A stretch of 64,000 nt of DNA. It comes from Candidatus Poribacteria bacterium. GTDB lineage: Bacteria; Poribacteria; WGA-4E; WGA-3G. Shown here one piece after another: positions 39,812 to 49,211 of the stretch. The DNA lies in the NCBI GenBank assembly GCA_965205015.1, contig OZ242029.1, positions 512,001 through 576,000 on the forward strand, given 5' to 3'. Positions within the stretch are counted from its first letter, which is position 1, and each line of letters begins with the position of its first letter. A program made the position numbers and the translations under genes. The notes beneath the pieces are model-generated. The model was not told the DNA's origin and ran no database searches. It saw nothing but the letters and a program-made list of their open reading frames with translations.

Positions 39812-39964
39812 TTGCTCCAGAGGAGCAATATGTCTATAGCAGCGAATCGGCCCGACGCTTCCGCTCCAGCGGAGCGGTATGTCATTACACGACACATAGC
39901 ACTCCTCTGGAGTGCAAGAATTTGGAAATCCACTTTTCTATAGACATAGCACTCCTCTGGAGTG
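39812..39964. repeat. REPIN/BIME-like cluster of four palindromes
   Basis: GCTCCAG(A/C)GGAGC-TATGT twice, then inverted ACATA-GCACTCCTCTGGAGTG twice. Confidence 0.8.
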
Positions 39965-40090
39965 TTGGAGACCATGTATCACCAAATTTGCGCCAGACAC
40001 AATGTATCGTAACGGGTTCCTCTAAATCTTTAAATCAAACTCACGTTATAATTACTCCTTTTTCGCCGGTCAAAAGGTGATATTTTTAAA

Positions 40091-40186
40091 TTTGCTTTTA
40101 CCAAGCAGACACGGAAAATTCCAAGGTCAGACATTCATACAGCCGAACAGAGAAAACGAGATTATTTCAGGAGGAAACAACAGTGA
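40091..40186 (+). pseudogene. C-terminal remnant of a RelE/ParE (Gp49/HigB-like) toxin
   Basis: FAFTKQTRKIPRSDIHTAEQRKRDYFRR; GTGA overlap with the antitoxin; in-frame stop at 40049 and no start codon. Confidence 0.75.
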
Positions 40187-40458
40187 GCGACTTAAAACAG
40201 TATATCGAAAAGCGTAGAGTCAAAGACCCTGAGTTTGCCGAAAATTACGAGACGGGTTATTTAGAGTTCAAGATCGGTGTCCTCCTTCGGCAAGCCCGGG
40301 AGGAAGCTGGCTTAACCCAAGAAGATGTTGCGCAAAAATTGAATACGAAGAAATCTGCTATTTCAAGAATGGAAAACCATGCAGAAGATGTTAGATTGTC
40401 AACCTTAGGAAAATACGCAAAAGTACTCGGAAAGAAATTGTATTTATCAGTTGGATAA
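40183..40458 (+). CDS. XRE-family HTH antitoxin (HigA-like)
   Basis: LRQAREEAGLTQEDVAQKL.TKKSAISRMEN. Confidence 0.88.
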   Translation: MSDLKQYIEKRRVKDPEFAENYETGYLEFKIGVLLRQAREEAGLTQEDVAQKLNTKKSAISRMENHAEDVRLSTLGKYAKVLGKKLYLSVG

Positions 40459-40474
40459 GTAAGGAGACATATTC

Positions 40475-41272
40475 ATGAGTAAATTCAGACTCGCCTGCCA
40501 CCTCATCCAATTTGGAGGTGAACAGCGAGATAATCCGGAAAAAGTGTTGCGTGAAGTCGCTGACGCTGGGTGGGACGGCGTAGAAGGTTTAGGAATAGAA
40601 ACAGCCGATGAACTCGTTGAAATGGCGACGCTCGCACGGAGTCTCGGACTCCATATCGTCAATGCCGGTGGGGCAGGGCTTGACAGGGTTAAGTTTAATA
40701 TCGCCCTCGGCAATGATGCCGCCGAAGTCCCTTCATTGAGACGCTCAGAATGGGGTGGACCCGACCCAAGCGATACAGATTTCGAGAACGCCGCCCGAAC
40801 GTTAGACGACGTACTCGCCTTCTGTGACGCACACAATATTAAAGGCTTCCACCACGCCCATCTCGGTACACTGCTTGAGACGGTTGAGGATGCCGAACGC
40901 CTCTTGGCAGCCGCACCGAGTCTCTGGCTGCTGTTTGATACGGGACACATGCTCGCCGCTGGCAGTGATCCGATGCAGGTTTTTGAGAACGAAAATTTGC
41001 GCAATCGGATTGGGCATGTGCATCTCAAGGACTGCCACGCCGATGATCCCGAAACATGGGATTACAGAACGCAACGTTTCGGGGAGCAGGCGCGCTTTGC
41101 TGAACTCGGTGCCGGAAATCTGGGACTCGATGTCAAAGCTGCACTCGAAGGACTCAAATCCGTCGGTTATGACGGATGGGTCTCAGTCGAACTCGACCGT
41201 CCCTATCCGCCACGTCCACCCGCCGAAGCCGCGGTGGTTAATCGGGAATACCTACGGAGTCTTGGATATTGA
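40475..41272 (+). CDS. Sugar phosphate isomerase/epimerase (IolE-like TIM barrel)
   Basis: G.DGVE, HHAH.GT, FDTGH, HVHLKD, GYDGW.SVE. Confidence 0.88.
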   Translation: MSKFRLACHLIQFGGEQRDNPEKVLREVADAGWDGVEGLGIETADELVEMATLARSLGLHIVNAGGAGLDRVKFNIALGNDAAEVPSLRRSEWGGPDPSDTDFENAARTLDDVLAFCDAHNIKGFHHAHLGTLLETVEDAERLLAAAPSLWLLFDTGHMLAAGSDPMQVFENENLRNRIGHVHLKDCHADDPETWDYRTQRFGEQARFAELGAGNLGLDVKAALEGLKSVGYDGWVSVELDRPYPPRPPAEAAVVNREYLRSLGY

Positions 41273-41288
41273 ACGGAGGCATGTCACT

Positions 41289-42611
41289 ATGCTGAAGCGA
41301 ATCAAAATTCAAGGGTATAAATCACTTGTGGATCTTGAGTTAAATCTTAAACCGCTTTCTGTGCTTGTGGGTCCCAACGCCTCAGGAAAGAGCAATTTCC
41401 TTGATGCCCTACAACTTCTGTCCCGGATAACGACCTCCCAGACTTTGGAAGAAGCATTTGACCCACCGTACCGAGGACATCCGTTGGAATCGTTCACTTT
41501 TGGGGGTGAAGGTATCAAGAACCTCCTGGAAAAGGAAAGTGTCTCATTGCGTATAGAGGTAGACGTCCAACTTTCCACGACTGTTATCGAAGGTGTCAAT
41601 CGGCGTATCCAAGAAATAAGGGAAACAGCAGCGAAAAATACACAAAGTGTAAGTAAATCTGCATCAGACCGACTGCCGCCCGTGCGCGAGGAGGACTTGC
41701 GGTACCGGATTGAGATTGAAATGCTCCCAAAGCAAGGAATTTTGCGAGTAGCGGATGAACATCTCGCAGCATTAACCGACGAAGGACACCCCAAACAGAA
41801 CAGAAAGCCTTTCTTAGAGCGAATGGAAAATCGATTGCATCTACGGATGGAGGGGCAGGCGCATCCACTCTACTATGAACGCTATCTTGACTATAGCATC
41901 CTTTCGAGATCGCACTATCCACCCCACTATCCTCATTTGACTGCGATGCAACGAGAGTTGGCAAACTGGCTTACGTTCTACCTCGAGCCGAGAGAACAGA
42001 TGCGACTCCCAAATCCAGTCAAGGCAGTTCACGATATTGGACCAAAGGGGGAAGATCTCGCAGCCTTTCTTAATACCTTGAAAGCCCGTAATAAGCAACA
42101 ATTTGAATCCGTAGAGAAATCGCTTCATACCATGATTCCATCTATAACCGGGATTGATGTCAATGTTAACGAATTAGGTGAAGTTGAATTGGACCTTCGT
42201 GAAGGTGAAACGCGCGTTTCTGCCCGCGTCTTATCGGAGGGCACCCTCCGAATTTTAGGAATCTTAGCACTTGTTAGTGCCGAAGAACCTCCGGCGTTGA
42301 TAGGATTTGAGGAACCCGAGAATGGCATTCATCCCCGTAGGATTCGGCGCATTGCTCGGTTTTTGGAAACTCGCATGCTTCCTGAAGATATCCAATTCAT
42401 TGTGACGACGCATTCATCACTCTTGCCCGATCTCGTTCCCCCCGAATCGTTATATGTTTGTCGTAAGGTCAACGGAAACACAGAGATTGAGCCTTTCACC
42501 ATGATGCATGTAGGTCCCCTATGGAAAAAATCAGATATTGAGGTCGCATTGGACGACGAAGATGCTTTATCCCCTTCGGAACGTATCTTACGGGGAGACT
42601 TTGATGCGTGA
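41289..42611 (+). CDS. AAA_21/ABC-type ATPase
   Basis: IQGYKS, GPNASGKSN, LSEGT, FEEPENGIHP, TTHS. Confidence 0.9.
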   Translation: MLKRIKIQGYKSLVDLELNLKPLSVLVGPNASGKSNFLDALQLLSRITTSQTLEEAFDPPYRGHPLESFTFGGEGIKNLLEKESVSLRIEVDVQLSTTVIEGVNRRIQEIRETAAKNTQSVSKSASDRLPPVREEDLRYRIEIEMLPKQGILRVADEHLAALTDEGHPKQNRKPFLERMENRLHLRMEGQAHPLYYERYLDYSILSRSHYPPHYPHLTAMQRELANWLTFYLEPREQMRLPNPVKAVHDIGPKGEDLAAFLNTLKARNKQQFESVEKSLHTMIPSITGIDVNVNELGEVELDLREGETRVSARVLSEGTLRILGILALVSAEEPPALIGFEEPENGIHPRRIRRIARFLETRMLPEDIQFIVTTHSSLLPDLVPPESLYVCRKVNGNTEIEPFTMMHVGPLWKKSDIEVALDDEDALSPSERILRGDFDA

Positions 42612-42613
42612 TA

Positions 42614-44233
42614 TCAATCCATCATTCCCGCTGCATGCCTCCCTGCAGCTGGATCACCAGCAGCATAATAGGTTCCGCTATCTTTGTCAATATGGATCAT
42701 GGAAGGCGCAGCAATAGCACCGCCGTGCGCTCTAATTTGATGCCCGCGACCGGCAAGCTCCTCTCGAACGCTCTCACTCACACTATCGTTGATGGTTAAC
42801 GAACCCACTTGTCCGAACGTCTCTATACGGTTCGGATTCGGATCAAACGAATCTTCGTGATGTGCGGTGGCAAAGCGTGGGGCTGTGACAGCCGCTTCGG
42901 GTTGCATACCGAACTCAACGAAATCGAGCAGTAAATTCATCGTCGCTTGATCTTGCAAATCACCACCGGCAACGCTGATCGATAAAATTGGGGCACCCTC
43001 CTTGAGAACGAGTGTCGGGGTCAGCGTGATTCTCGGACGTTTTCCGGGTTGGATACAGTTCGGATGCCCGAGGGTTGTGTTAAGACTTCGTAAGCGATTG
43101 CCGTAACTGACACCTGTAGGACCGACCATACCCCCTGCGTGATAGACGTTAGCACTCGGGGTCGCAGCGACGACATTCCCCCACCGGTCGGCGACCGCAC
43201 AGGTCGTCGTCCCACCGACTCCGGGTCGAAATACACCACCAGGCTTTAGCGGCTGCATGTTATCCACGTCGCCGGGGCGCGCCTCGAGTGAGGCTTTCTG
43301 CATATCGATGAGGGGTCGGCGAATCTCAGTATAGGCATCCGAAAGCAGCTCGGATAAGGGAACATCTACAAATTCCGGATCGCCATAGTACGCGTCGCGG
43401 TCAGCCATCGCCAATTTAAGTGATTCCGTAACCACATGCACGTAGTCTGTCGAGCAATTGCCCATCGCTTTGAGATCGAAGCCCTCCAGCAGACGCAACG
43501 CCTGACAGAGATAGGGACCTTGCGTCCACGGACCGCACTTGTATACCCTATACCCTCGGTAATCGACTGCCACAGGATCCTCAACAAGCGTAACATGGGC
43601 AGCGAGGTCCGCCTTACGGAGAAATCCACCCTTGTCAATGTAAAAACCTTCTAATGCATCGGCAATATCGGTATCAGCCCCGTTCCGCCCGTAAAACCGA
43701 TCGCTTGCGGCTTGGATTTTTTCCTCACGGCTCCCAGATGTCTTCTGTTCCGATTCAACCATCCGACGCAGGGTAACCGCCAAATCAGAATGCCAATCTG
43801 CCTCGCCAGCATCCAGCAGTGCCAATGTAGGTGCGATAATTTCCTCAAACGTCAGGGTTCCATACAGTTTGAGTGTCGTCGTGCAGAGGTCCACAACCGA
43901 CGGAACGGGTGCCATTTTGATATCGCCATTCGGGATTCCGTTTTCCATGTACCAGTCGATAGCAGTTTGGGAAAGCGGTGCACGCCCTTGTCCGGAGAGG
44001 GATTTTACTTCCTGTGTGTCCGAATCAAAGATAAGGAGCGGCACTTCACCCCCAATAGAACAGGCACCGTGGTCTGTGACATTGAGTGCAAAAATCGTTC
44101 CTGCCGCTGCGTCTGCCGCATTTCCGCCCGCCTCCAGAATCTCGATCCCCGCTGCGACAGCCTTGGCACCACCCGCAGCAACGACCCCCGTTTTGCTAAC
44201 AGCATTCCAACCAATTTCTCGAGTGTTCGGCAT
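42614..44233 (-). CDS. Gamma-glutamyltransferase family protein
   Basis: GGNAADAA, LAMADRD.Y.GDP, GTTT nucleophile, PGKRPR.TL.P. Confidence 0.92.
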   Translation of the reverse strand: MPNTREIGWNAVSKTGVVAAGGAKAVAAGIEILEAGGNAADAAAGTIFALNVTDHGACSIGGEVPLLIFDSDTQEVKSLSGQGRAPLSQTAIDWYMENGIPNGDIKMAPVPSVVDLCTTTLKLYGTLTFEEIIAPTLALLDAGEADWHSDLAVTLRRMVESEQKTSGSREEKIQAASDRFYGRNGADTDIADALEGFYIDKGGFLRKADLAAHVTLVEDPVAVDYRGYRVYKCGPWTQGPYLCQALRLLEGFDLKAMGNCSTDYVHVVTESLKLAMADRDAYYGDPEFVDVPLSELLSDAYTEIRRPLIDMQKASLEARPGDVDNMQPLKPGGVFRPGVGGTTTCAVADRWGNVVAATPSANVYHAGGMVGPTGVSYGNRLRSLNTTLGHPNCIQPGKRPRITLTPTLVLKEGAPILSISVAGGDLQDQATMNLLLDFVEFGMQPEAAVTAPRFATAHHEDSFDPNPNRIETFGQVGSLTINDSVSESVREELAGRGHQIRAHGGAIAAPSMIHIDKDSGTYYAAGDPAAGRHAAGMMD

Positions 44234-44455
44234 TGGTTTCTCCTTTGCTTAAGTGTCAGAGATAGTTCTGATTTCCTTCTTTGCCTGAGAGCATAGCATA
44301 AACTTTTATCTTATGCAATGTCTAAACCAAAAATGGGTTGAATAATCAGACGGAGTCGGTTAAAATATTGTTCAAACAGTGAGTCAAGTACATGATAATC
44401 CTCACAAAATCAGCCCATTTGAAAATGCCAACAATCAACCCAAAAAAGGATTTGA

Positions 44456-44725
44456 ATGCCTGAGATTTGTCGATTTTTCGGTATCATAATACGAATGTAT
44501 GCAGAGCCTCGAACACCTCATCATCGTCCCCATTTTCACGCTTATTACCAAGGAGAGGTTGGTGTATATGCGATTGACAGAATTGAATTGATCGCAGGTC
44601 AACTTCCCAGGCGACAGCACCGTCTGGTCGAGGCTTGGGCAGAGTTACATCAGACAGAATTGTTGTCAGATTGGGAACGATTACAATCAGGTCGAACACC
44701 ATTCAGCATTGACCCACTTCAATAA
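44456..44725 (+). CDS. DUF4160 protein (putative toxin)
   Basis: MPEICRFFGIIIRM, H.RPHFHA.Y, LV.AW..LH..EL...W. Confidence 0.9.
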   Translation: MPEICRFFGIIIRMYAEPRTPHHRPHFHAYYQGEVGVYAIDRIELIAGQLPRRQHRLVEAWAELHQTELLSDWERLQSGRTPFSIDPLQ

Positions 44726-44736
44726 AGGAGGGCGGT

Positions 44737-45039
44737 ATGAGTCATCCAATATATCGCGTGGTTTTTTTCGAAATACAGGCACCCTACACACTTCGCGTCT
44801 GTTTTGATGACGATACAGAGCAAGTTATAGACTTCCAACCCACATTAGAAGGTGAATTATTCGGTCCACTTCGCGATAGTTCTTTATTCAACCAAGTGCG
44901 GATTGATCCGGAAGTTCATACGTTGGTATGGCCGAATGGGGCTGATTTTGATCCAGCGACCTTACATGATTGGCCTGGGCATTTGCCTGAACTTAAGAGG
45001 ATGGCCAAGTGTTGGTCTAAGGCAATCGAAGCATCATGA
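44737..45039 (+). CDS. DUF2442 protein (putative antitoxin)
   Basis: L.V.FDD, FGPLRD...F.QV, TL.WPNGADF.P..L. Confidence 0.9.
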   Translation: MSHPIYRVVFFEIQAPYTLRVCFDDDTEQVIDFQPTLEGELFGPLRDSSLFNQVRIDPEVHTLVWPNGADFDPATLHDWPGHLPELKRMAKCWSKAIEAS

Positions 45040-45914
45040 TCGAAATACAATCTCACACCCATGCAAGCGAACTGATCTCACTTTCAGGCACTTACTTGGA
45101 ACGGCATGAGAGTGAAAATAATTTGCCGATTGGTCTGGCTTATAGGCTCGCTGAAGATCCATACTACTACGGGTCCGAGGTGCCGCTGCTGCTGAGTATT
45201 TTGGAGCGTGGGAAAGTCGTCGGGGTCGCAGTAATGACACCCCCTAAAAGAATCATTTTGAGCAAAATTGACGCGAAAATCCAACCCGTTGTCGTGCATC
45301 TTGTGCGTCACCTACGTGAAACTGATACGCAAATACCGGGGGTCGTTGGACCAATGGTAGAAGCCCAAACCTTTTCAGAGCATTGGATTGAGGGTATAGT
45401 TGGTATATCCGCCAAAATAGACAAGCGAATGCGTGTATTTGAAGCAAGAGAGGCAGCGGATCTGCCACTTTCAGCGGGGAAGTTACGTTTGGCTCGTCCG
45501 GATGACCACCTACTTATGGCGCGATGGATTGTCGGTCTCTCGGAAGCAATAGGTGAACCTGTCGATCTTGAGAGTGCCAGCAGCCGCGCTGAGAAACTCA
45601 TCAAGGATCAGCAACTATACGTATGGGATCGCAACGGTCCCGTATCTATTGCCGGTGTGTCCCGTCCCATGAGAAATGGAATGACAATCGGTCTCGTGTA
45701 CACACCACCAGAGCATCGCAAGAAGGGATATGCGACTTCATGTGTTTTGTTGTTGACGAAGAAACTGTTCTCGGATGGGTATTCATTTTGCAGCCTATAC
45801 ACCGATCTATCAAATCCAACTTCTAACAGCATTTACACTAAAATCGGTTATGTGCCTGTCGGGGATGCGTTGGCATTTGATTTCATATCTTCAGATCGAC
45901 ACAATGTCGTCTAA
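45036..45914 (+). CDS. GNAT acetyltransferase, copy 1
   Basis: VYTPPEHR.KGYA, LYTDLSNPTSNSIY.KIGY. Confidence 0.9.
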   Translation: MIEIQSHTHASELISLSGTYLERHESENNLPIGLAYRLAEDPYYYGSEVPLLLSILERGKVVGVAVMTPPKRIILSKIDAKIQPVVVHLVRHLRETDTQIPGVVGPMVEAQTFSEHWIEGIVGISAKIDKRMRVFEAREAADLPLSAGKLRLARPDDHLLMARWIVGLSEAIGEPVDLESASSRAEKLIKDQQLYVWDRNGPVSIAGVSRPMRNGMTIGLVYTPPEHRKKGYATSCVLLLTKKLFSDGYSFCSLYTDLSNPTSNSIYTKIGYVPVGDALAFDFISSDRHNVV

Positions 45915-45995
45915 CATCCTGCCTTCAGTTGTAGTCCAAGATAACTTTCGCCAAACCATGGCACCGGCACCATTTTAGCACTCACAGGAGAAAAT

Positions 45996-47060
45996 ATGGC
46001 TGAATACAAAATTGCGGTCATTCGAGGAGACGGTATTGGAATTGAAGTGATGGAAGAGGGACTCAAGGTCCTCAACGCTATCGCCAATAGATACGGCATC
46101 CAATGGGACTTCGTGGAGTTTCCTTGGGGCTCAGACTACTATTTCAAGCACGGACACATGATGCCAGCAGATGCGATTGATACTCTGGCGGCGTTCGACC
46201 AGATTTATCTTGGCGCAGTCGGACACCCTGACATCCAAGACCACGTTACGCTCAATGGGCTTTTGCTGCCGATCCGACGTAGATTCGATCAATACGTCTG
46301 TGAGCGACCCAGTGTTCTCTATCCCGGTATTAACACACCGCTCAAGAACAAAGGGGCTTGGGAGATTGACTTAGTGGTAATCAGAGAGAATACAGAAGGG
46401 GAGTATGCCAACGTCGGTGGATTCCAGTACCAAGGGTTCCCGGAAGAGGTCGGCGTGCAGGTTGGCGTATTTACGCGCCACGGCTGTGAGCGTATTATCA
46501 CTTATGCCTTCGAACAAGCTCGGGCACGAGACAAAAAACGCAAAGTCACTTCAGTCACCAAGTCGAACGCGCAAGGCTACGGCATGATTGTCTGGGATAC
46601 AGCCTTCGAACGAGTCGCTGCAAAGTATCCCGACATAGAGGCGGAATCGTTGCTTGTAGACGCAGCATGTATGGATTTCGTGCGGAGACCCGAGGACTTT
46701 GATGTGGTCGTCGCCAGCAACCTGTTTGGAGATATCCTCACGGACATCGGTGCGATTATCACCGGAAGCATGGGACTGGCACCGAGCGGCAATATCGATC
46801 CGCAACGTCGATTCCCGTCGATGTTTGAACCTGTTCACGGGAGTGCACCGGACATCATGGGGATGGGTATCTCCAATCCGCTGGCGGCGATCATCTCTGG
46901 TTCGATGATGTTGCGGTTCATGGGTGAGGTGGAAGCGGCGGAAACGATAGATGCGGCTGTGCTAAAGGTCGTTGAGGATGGCAAAACCCTCCCACCTGAC
47001 CTTGGGGGTCAAGCCACAACCTCACAGGTTGGAAATGCTGTAGTGAATGCGCTCGGCTAA
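45996..47060 (+). CDS. Tartrate/isopropylmalate dehydrogenase family
   Basis: GDGIG.EV, RENTEGEY, TKSNA, SNLFGDIL.D, FEPVHGSAPDI. Confidence 0.92.
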   Translation: MAEYKIAVIRGDGIGIEVMEEGLKVLNAIANRYGIQWDFVEFPWGSDYYFKHGHMMPADAIDTLAAFDQIYLGAVGHPDIQDHVTLNGLLLPIRRRFDQYVCERPSVLYPGINTPLKNKGAWEIDLVVIRENTEGEYANVGGFQYQGFPEEVGVQVGVFTRHGCERIITYAFEQARARDKKRKVTSVTKSNAQGYGMIVWDTAFERVAAKYPDIEAESLLVDAACMDFVRRPEDFDVVVASNLFGDILTDIGAIITGSMGLAPSGNIDPQRRFPSMFEPVHGSAPDIMGMGISNPLAAIISGSMMLRFMGEVEAAETIDAAVLKVVEDGKTLPPDLGGQATTSQVGNAVVNALG

Positions 47061-47180
47061 TGTGTTTTGTCATGTTCCAATATGAAATGGGAATTTGGTG
47101 ATATTGGATCGACTTATAAAACTGCGTGTGCGCGACATTCCTTTGTTTGAAAGGCTGTCAGTTAGATTAATACCTATCTC

Positions 47181-47747
47181 ATGAATACCACTCGTGAACT
47201 TGGAAAAATTATCCTCATCAACGGCGCGTCTAGTGCTGGAAAATCAACACTTGCTCGTCAATTACAGCAAAAACTGCCAATCCCATTCTGGCACCTTTCG
47301 TTCGATCACCTCCGTGATTCCAATGCCCTACCGATGGCACGTATTCTCAGCGGTGAAATCGATTGGCCAACGATGAGACCTGCCGTCTTTGATGGATTTC
47401 ATCGGTGTCTGCCAGTTTTGGCTGAGGTAGGTAACAATCTTATCGTCGATCATATTATTGAAAATGAGATATGGATGTCGGATCTGGTGCAATTACTCGC
47501 CGGTTTGGATGTATTCTTTGTTGGCATACACTGCCCACTTCCTGAACTTGAGCGTAGGGAGTGTGAAAGGGGAGATCGGCGAATCGGGGAAGCTCGAACG
47601 GACTATCAAGTCATACACAGTTTTACCGAGTATGATCTGGAAATTGACTCAATGCAGCCGTGCCAAACCAATGTAGATATAATAATGAATGCTTGGAAAG
47701 TTCGCCAGCCTCCTAGTGCCTTTGACCGGATGGCTGCGCGAGAATGA
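47181..47747 (+). CDS. Chloramphenicol phosphotransferase-like P-loop kinase
   Basis: INGASSAGKST, VGIHCPL.EL.RRE..RGDR..G.A, YDLEID. Confidence 0.88.
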   Translation: MNTTRELGKIILINGASSAGKSTLARQLQQKLPIPFWHLSFDHLRDSNALPMARILSGEIDWPTMRPAVFDGFHRCLPVLAEVGNNLIVDHIIENEIWMSDLVQLLAGLDVFFVGIHCPLPELERRECERGDRRIGEARTDYQVIHSFTEYDLEIDSMQPCQTNVDIIMNAWKVRQPPSAFDRMAARE

Positions 47748-47780
47748 AAGCACAATTAACCTAATACTTGGAGAATAGAT

Positions 47781-48473
47781 ATGACACTCGGTTCGATTCA
47801 TGACGCCGCAGCAAACGGGGACCTCAATGCCGTAAAGAAAATCCTTGAACAGGACCCTCGTCTGGTCAACCAAGACGACAGATACGAATGGCGTCCTATA
47901 TTTCATGCCGGATTAAGACGGCACTACGATGTTGTTAAATATCTCATAGACTGTGGTGCCGATCTGGCAGCGCATGATGGCTATGCGATTCACTATGCAG
48001 GAGAAGTACCAGACAATAAGGAAGTCGTATCATTACTCATTGCGTACGGTGGCTTGGATGCACATGCCAAACCCTCAAGCGAAGCCGCGCGTCAGTTTAT
48101 ATACGCCGTTTTCTTAGCCAATGTGCCGCGAGTTAACGCAATGCTCCGGGACACCCCAAAGTTAGTGCAGGAGCGTTACGCCCGTGGCGATACAGCCTTG
48201 CACCATGCGACTCGAAACGGGGATCTGGAAATTGTAGCACAATTGGTCGGCAGTGGTGCAGATGTCAATGTAACGTCAGATCACGGGCATTTTCCCCTCT
48301 ACTGCGCAGCCGGTCATGGACATGTAGAAACGACGCAATATCTGGTAGAACACGGTGCAGATTTACAAGCCAGACTCGGGGACGGCAAAACGGTCATTGA
48401 GTGGCTAAAACAGTTTGCGAATCATGACCGTCGCTTGAAATCCTGTCTTGATGTATTAGAGAGAGAACAGTAA
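47781..48473 (+). CDS. Ankyrin repeat protein
   Basis: IHDAA..GD, GDTALH.A...G, PLY.AA..GH. Confidence 0.9.
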   Translation: MTLGSIHDAAANGDLNAVKKILEQDPRLVNQDDRYEWRPIFHAGLRRHYDVVKYLIDCGADLAAHDGYAIHYAGEVPDNKEVVSLLIAYGGLDAHAKPSSEAARQFIYAVFLANVPRVNAMLRDTPKLVQERYARGDTALHHATRNGDLEIVAQLVGSGADVNVTSDHGHFPLYCAAGHGHVETTQYLVEHGADLQARLGDGKTVIEWLKQFANHDRRLKSCLDVLEREQ

Positions 48474-48509
48474 TAATATGCAAAAATAAGAACCTAACGG
48501 AGGAGTAAT

Positions 48510-49181
48510 TTGAAAGCCGTTTTCTTCGATCTATTCGAAACCCTTATCACTGAGAAAACGAGAAAAGATTTCCAAGCAAGGGCTTCGTTTCACGAGCGAC
48601 TGGGCACGACTGAAGATAAATCTTTGCTTTGGTGGGGGGAAAATGAGGATGCCGCGATGATCGGAAAATTTTCTGATTGTCTGGCGAGATTCACCGATAT
48701 GTGTATAGCAGTCGAGTCGCCACTGACGAAAAATGAGATTATCATGGCTGCCCAAGAGCATGAGGTATGGAAATCAAAAGTCTTGCGTCAAGTCGAGCCT
48801 CAGATATTTGAAATGTTGCGCGCAGTCCGGGCGCGTGGGCTGAAAGTTGGAATTATCAGCAATGCCTTACCAGAAGAGGTTCTCGCTTGGCGATTTTGTC
48901 CACTCCAAGATCACGTGGATCCGGTCGTGTTTTCCTGCAGTGTCGGCGTAATGAAACCCGATAGGGAGATATTCGAACTGGCTTGTTCGCGCATGCGTGT
49001 CCAACCTTCTGAAGCATATTTTGTTGGCGATGGCGGTTACGATGAACTGCAGGGCGCGGTATCTGTCGGCATGAAGGCGATTCAGGCAGCGTGGTATCAA
49101 GATCGAGACGTGCCATGGTCCTGCACGCCTCCTTTAGTCCGGGCAAACTCGATAAAAGACCTTCCTCTGCTACTGTGTTAG
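48510..49181 (+). CDS. HAD family hydrolase
   Basis: FFDLFETL, ISN, MKPD, FVGDG..DEL.GA. Confidence 0.9.
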   Translation: MKAVFFDLFETLITEKTRKDFQARASFHERLGTTEDKSLLWWGENEDAAMIGKFSDCLARFTDMCIAVESPLTKNEIIMAAQEHEVWKSKVLRQVEPQIFEMLRAVRARGLKVGIISNALPEEVLAWRFCPLQDHVDPVVFSCSVGVMKPDREIFELACSRMRVQPSEAYFVGDGGYDELQGAVSVGMKAIQAAWYQDRDVPWSCTPPLVRANSIKDLPLLLC

Positions 49182-49211
49182 GTGAGGTTACACAAAGGAA
49201 ACCGAAGCATT

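Noticed and set aside
39812-39964. Mini-CRISPR
   Set aside because: Units change orientation and spacing is irregular, which fits REP-type repeats.
40824-41288. 595-aa version of the ATPase ORF
   Set aside because: The extension overlaps the isomerase in another frame; ATG 41289 follows GGAGG and matches the family N-terminus.
44456-45039. DUF4160-DUF2442 pair as a novel system
   Set aside because: Already a widely noted putative toxin-antitoxin pair; listed as features only.
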